A DNA stretch of 64,000 nucleotides, from the NCBI GenBank assembly GCA_902619375.1, contig CACNEB010000007.1, positions 2,118-66,117 of the forward strand, in the 5' to 3' direction. Under the pieces are notes generated by a model, which was not told where the DNA came from, searched no databases, and saw only the letters and a program-made list of their open reading frames with translations. How positions within the stretch are numbered: position 1 is the first letter of the stretch; every line of letters begins with the position of its first letter. The translations under genes were made by a program, and so were the position numbers. This document shows, one piece after another, positions 62,515 to 64,000 of the stretch. The stretch comes from an uncultured Alphaproteobacteria bacterium. Its GTDB lineage: Bacteria > Pseudomonadota > Alphaproteobacteria > HIMB59.

Positions 62515-63383
62515 TGAAAATGAGAAACTATATTATTGTTGGATTATCTTTCTTCTTTATCTTGTTTGCATCAGGCTTTTTCTTTGTTGTTGATCAAACA
62601 AAACAAGTAATTGTTTTGCAATTTGGTGAACCGCGTGCTGTGCATCAATCACCTGGTTTGAAATTTAAACTACCATTTATCCAAAACGTTGTTTACTACG
62701 ACAGTAGGGTTTTAAACTTAGATCCTGCTCAAGAAGAGGTAATACTAAGAGACCAAAAGCGTATTGTGGTCGACTCAATAGTCAGATATATGATTAAAGA
62801 TCCTTTAAAGTTTTTTCAAACAACTAGAACAGAGTTAGCCCTTAATGATCGTTTGGGTAGAATAGTAAACTCATCTGTAAGAGGTGTAATAGCTCAGTAT
62901 CAACTAAATGATTTGTTATCTGATGATCGTGATAAAATTATGGCTGAGATTTTTGAAAATGTTCGTGAAGATCAAGATACCTTTGGTATTGAAATTGTTG
63001 ACCTGAGGTTAAAAAGAACAGAACTTACACCAGAAGTTCAATCTAACGTGTTTGATAGGATGAGAACGGAAAGAGAAAGGGAAGCAAATTTATTAAGAGC
63101 GGAAGGTCAGGAGATATCACAAAAAATTAAGGCGACTGCTGATAGAGAGAAAATTGAGATTATTGCTGAAGCAGAAAAACAATCTAATATCTTAAAAGGT
63201 GAAGGTGAAGCCGCAAGAAACCAAATTTTAAATGAGGCTTTTGCAAAAGACCCTGAATTTTTTGAATTTATTAGATCAATGGAAGCATACGCAGATACTT
63301 TTAAAGATGGAACAACTACTATGGTCATTTCTCCTGATAGTGACTTCTTTGAGTACTTTGAAAACTCTGAGGGCGCCAACTAA
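62514..63383 (+). CDS. hflC: FtsH modulator HflC
   Basis: PGL.FK.PF, RM.TER, DPEFF.F.RS, SDFF.YF. Confidence 0.93.
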   Translation: MKMRNYIIVGLSFFFILFASGFFFVVDQTKQVIVLQFGEPRAVHQSPGLKFKLPFIQNVVYYDSRVLNLDPAQEEVILRDQKRIVVDSIVRYMIKDPLKFFQTTRTELALNDRLGRIVNSSVRGVIAQYQLNDLLSDDRDKIMAEIFENVREDQDTFGIEIVDLRLKRTELTPEVQSNVFDRMRTEREREANLLRAEGQEISQKIKATADREKIEIIAEAEKQSNILKGEGEAARNQILNEAFAKDPEFFEFIRSMEAYADTFKDGTTTMVISPDSDFFEYFENSEGAN

Positions 63384-63396
63384 ATAAAATTTTTAA

Positions 63397-64000
63397 ATGA
63401 AAAGACACTTAGTTTTATCTCTTTTCAGTATATTTTTTATAATCCAAAGTGCATCAGCACAATTTGAGAGAGGTTATGCAGATTTAGTTGATGAACTTCT
63501 ACCTTCAGTTGTAAGTATTGCTACTAGTCAAACCGTAGAAAGACAAACTAGGCAATTACCTGAATTACCAGAAGGCCATCCGTTCAATGATATGTTTGAT
63601 GATTTTTTTGGCAATCAAATGCCAAAACGTGAAAATCTAACAGGTCTTGGTTCAGGATTTATTATTAGCGATAAAGGTTATGTAGTAACAAATAATCACG
63701 TAATAAGTGGAGCAGATCAGATTACTGTAATTTTCAATAATGGAATTGATGAAGTTCCTGCAGAACTTGTTGGAACTGACCCAAAAACTGACATAGCTGT
63801 TTTAAAAATTGACCCCTCAACTGTTGACATACAAAGTGTTAATTGGGGAGACTCGGATTTGTCAAGAGTTGGAGATATTGTACTAGCTATTGGTAACCCT
63901 CTGGGTTTAGGCGGAACTGTAACTTCAGGAATAATATCATCTATAAATAGAGATATAGGTGGTGGCCCTTACGTTGACTTTATACAAACTGATGCACCAA
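63397..64000 (+). CDS. DegP/HtrA serine protease, N-terminal part (runs off window end)
   Basis: Own translation: signal peptide, LPSVVSI, GLGSGFII, TNNHV, D..TDIAV, AIGNPLG, IQTDA. Confidence 0.93.
   Translation, partial: MKRHLVLSLFSIFFIIQSASAQFERGYADLVDELLPSVVSIATSQTVERQTRQLPELPEGHPFNDMFDDFFGNQMPKRENLTGLGSGFIISDKGYVVTNNHVISGADQITVIFNNGIDEVPAELVGTDPKTDIAVLKIDPSTVDIQSVNWGDSDLSRVGDIVLAIGNPLGLGGTVTSGIISSINRDIGGGPYVDFIQTDAP

Overview
Very AT-rich, densely packed, streamlined alphaproteobacterial chromosome segment. The permuted two-piece tmRNA, petP/petR-ilvE, rpsU/COQ9, murA-hisG-hisD-infA and hflKC-degP orders point to Alphaproteobacteria; a SAR11/HIMB59-like marine lineage is an inference only. 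About 1-38 kb, 49-56.7 kb and 59.7-64 kb are housekeeping genes. Two accessory zones lie around tRNA-Thr(GGT) (38-49 kb) and between tRNA-Phe and tmRNA (56.8-59.4 kb). The strongest unexplained signal is two independent single-gene cassettes of about 0.8-0.9 kb with no integrase. One sits at the 3' end of tRNA-Thr and one at the 3' end of the tmRNA coding piece. Each is bounded by a direct-repeat copy of the RNA gene end and carries its own 10-12 bp motif just inside both ends (arm-site-like). More co-oriented cargo genes and possible eroded scars lie further out. Also found: an unannotated 26-aa, 9-Cys metallothionein-like ORF beside a two-gene Anbu/CP-ATP-grasp locus, a promoter-bearing ~110-nt structured RNA candidate, and a methyltransferase with an in-frame stop. 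No CRISPR array, transposase or integrase was seen. All product calls come from motif recognition, not database searches.
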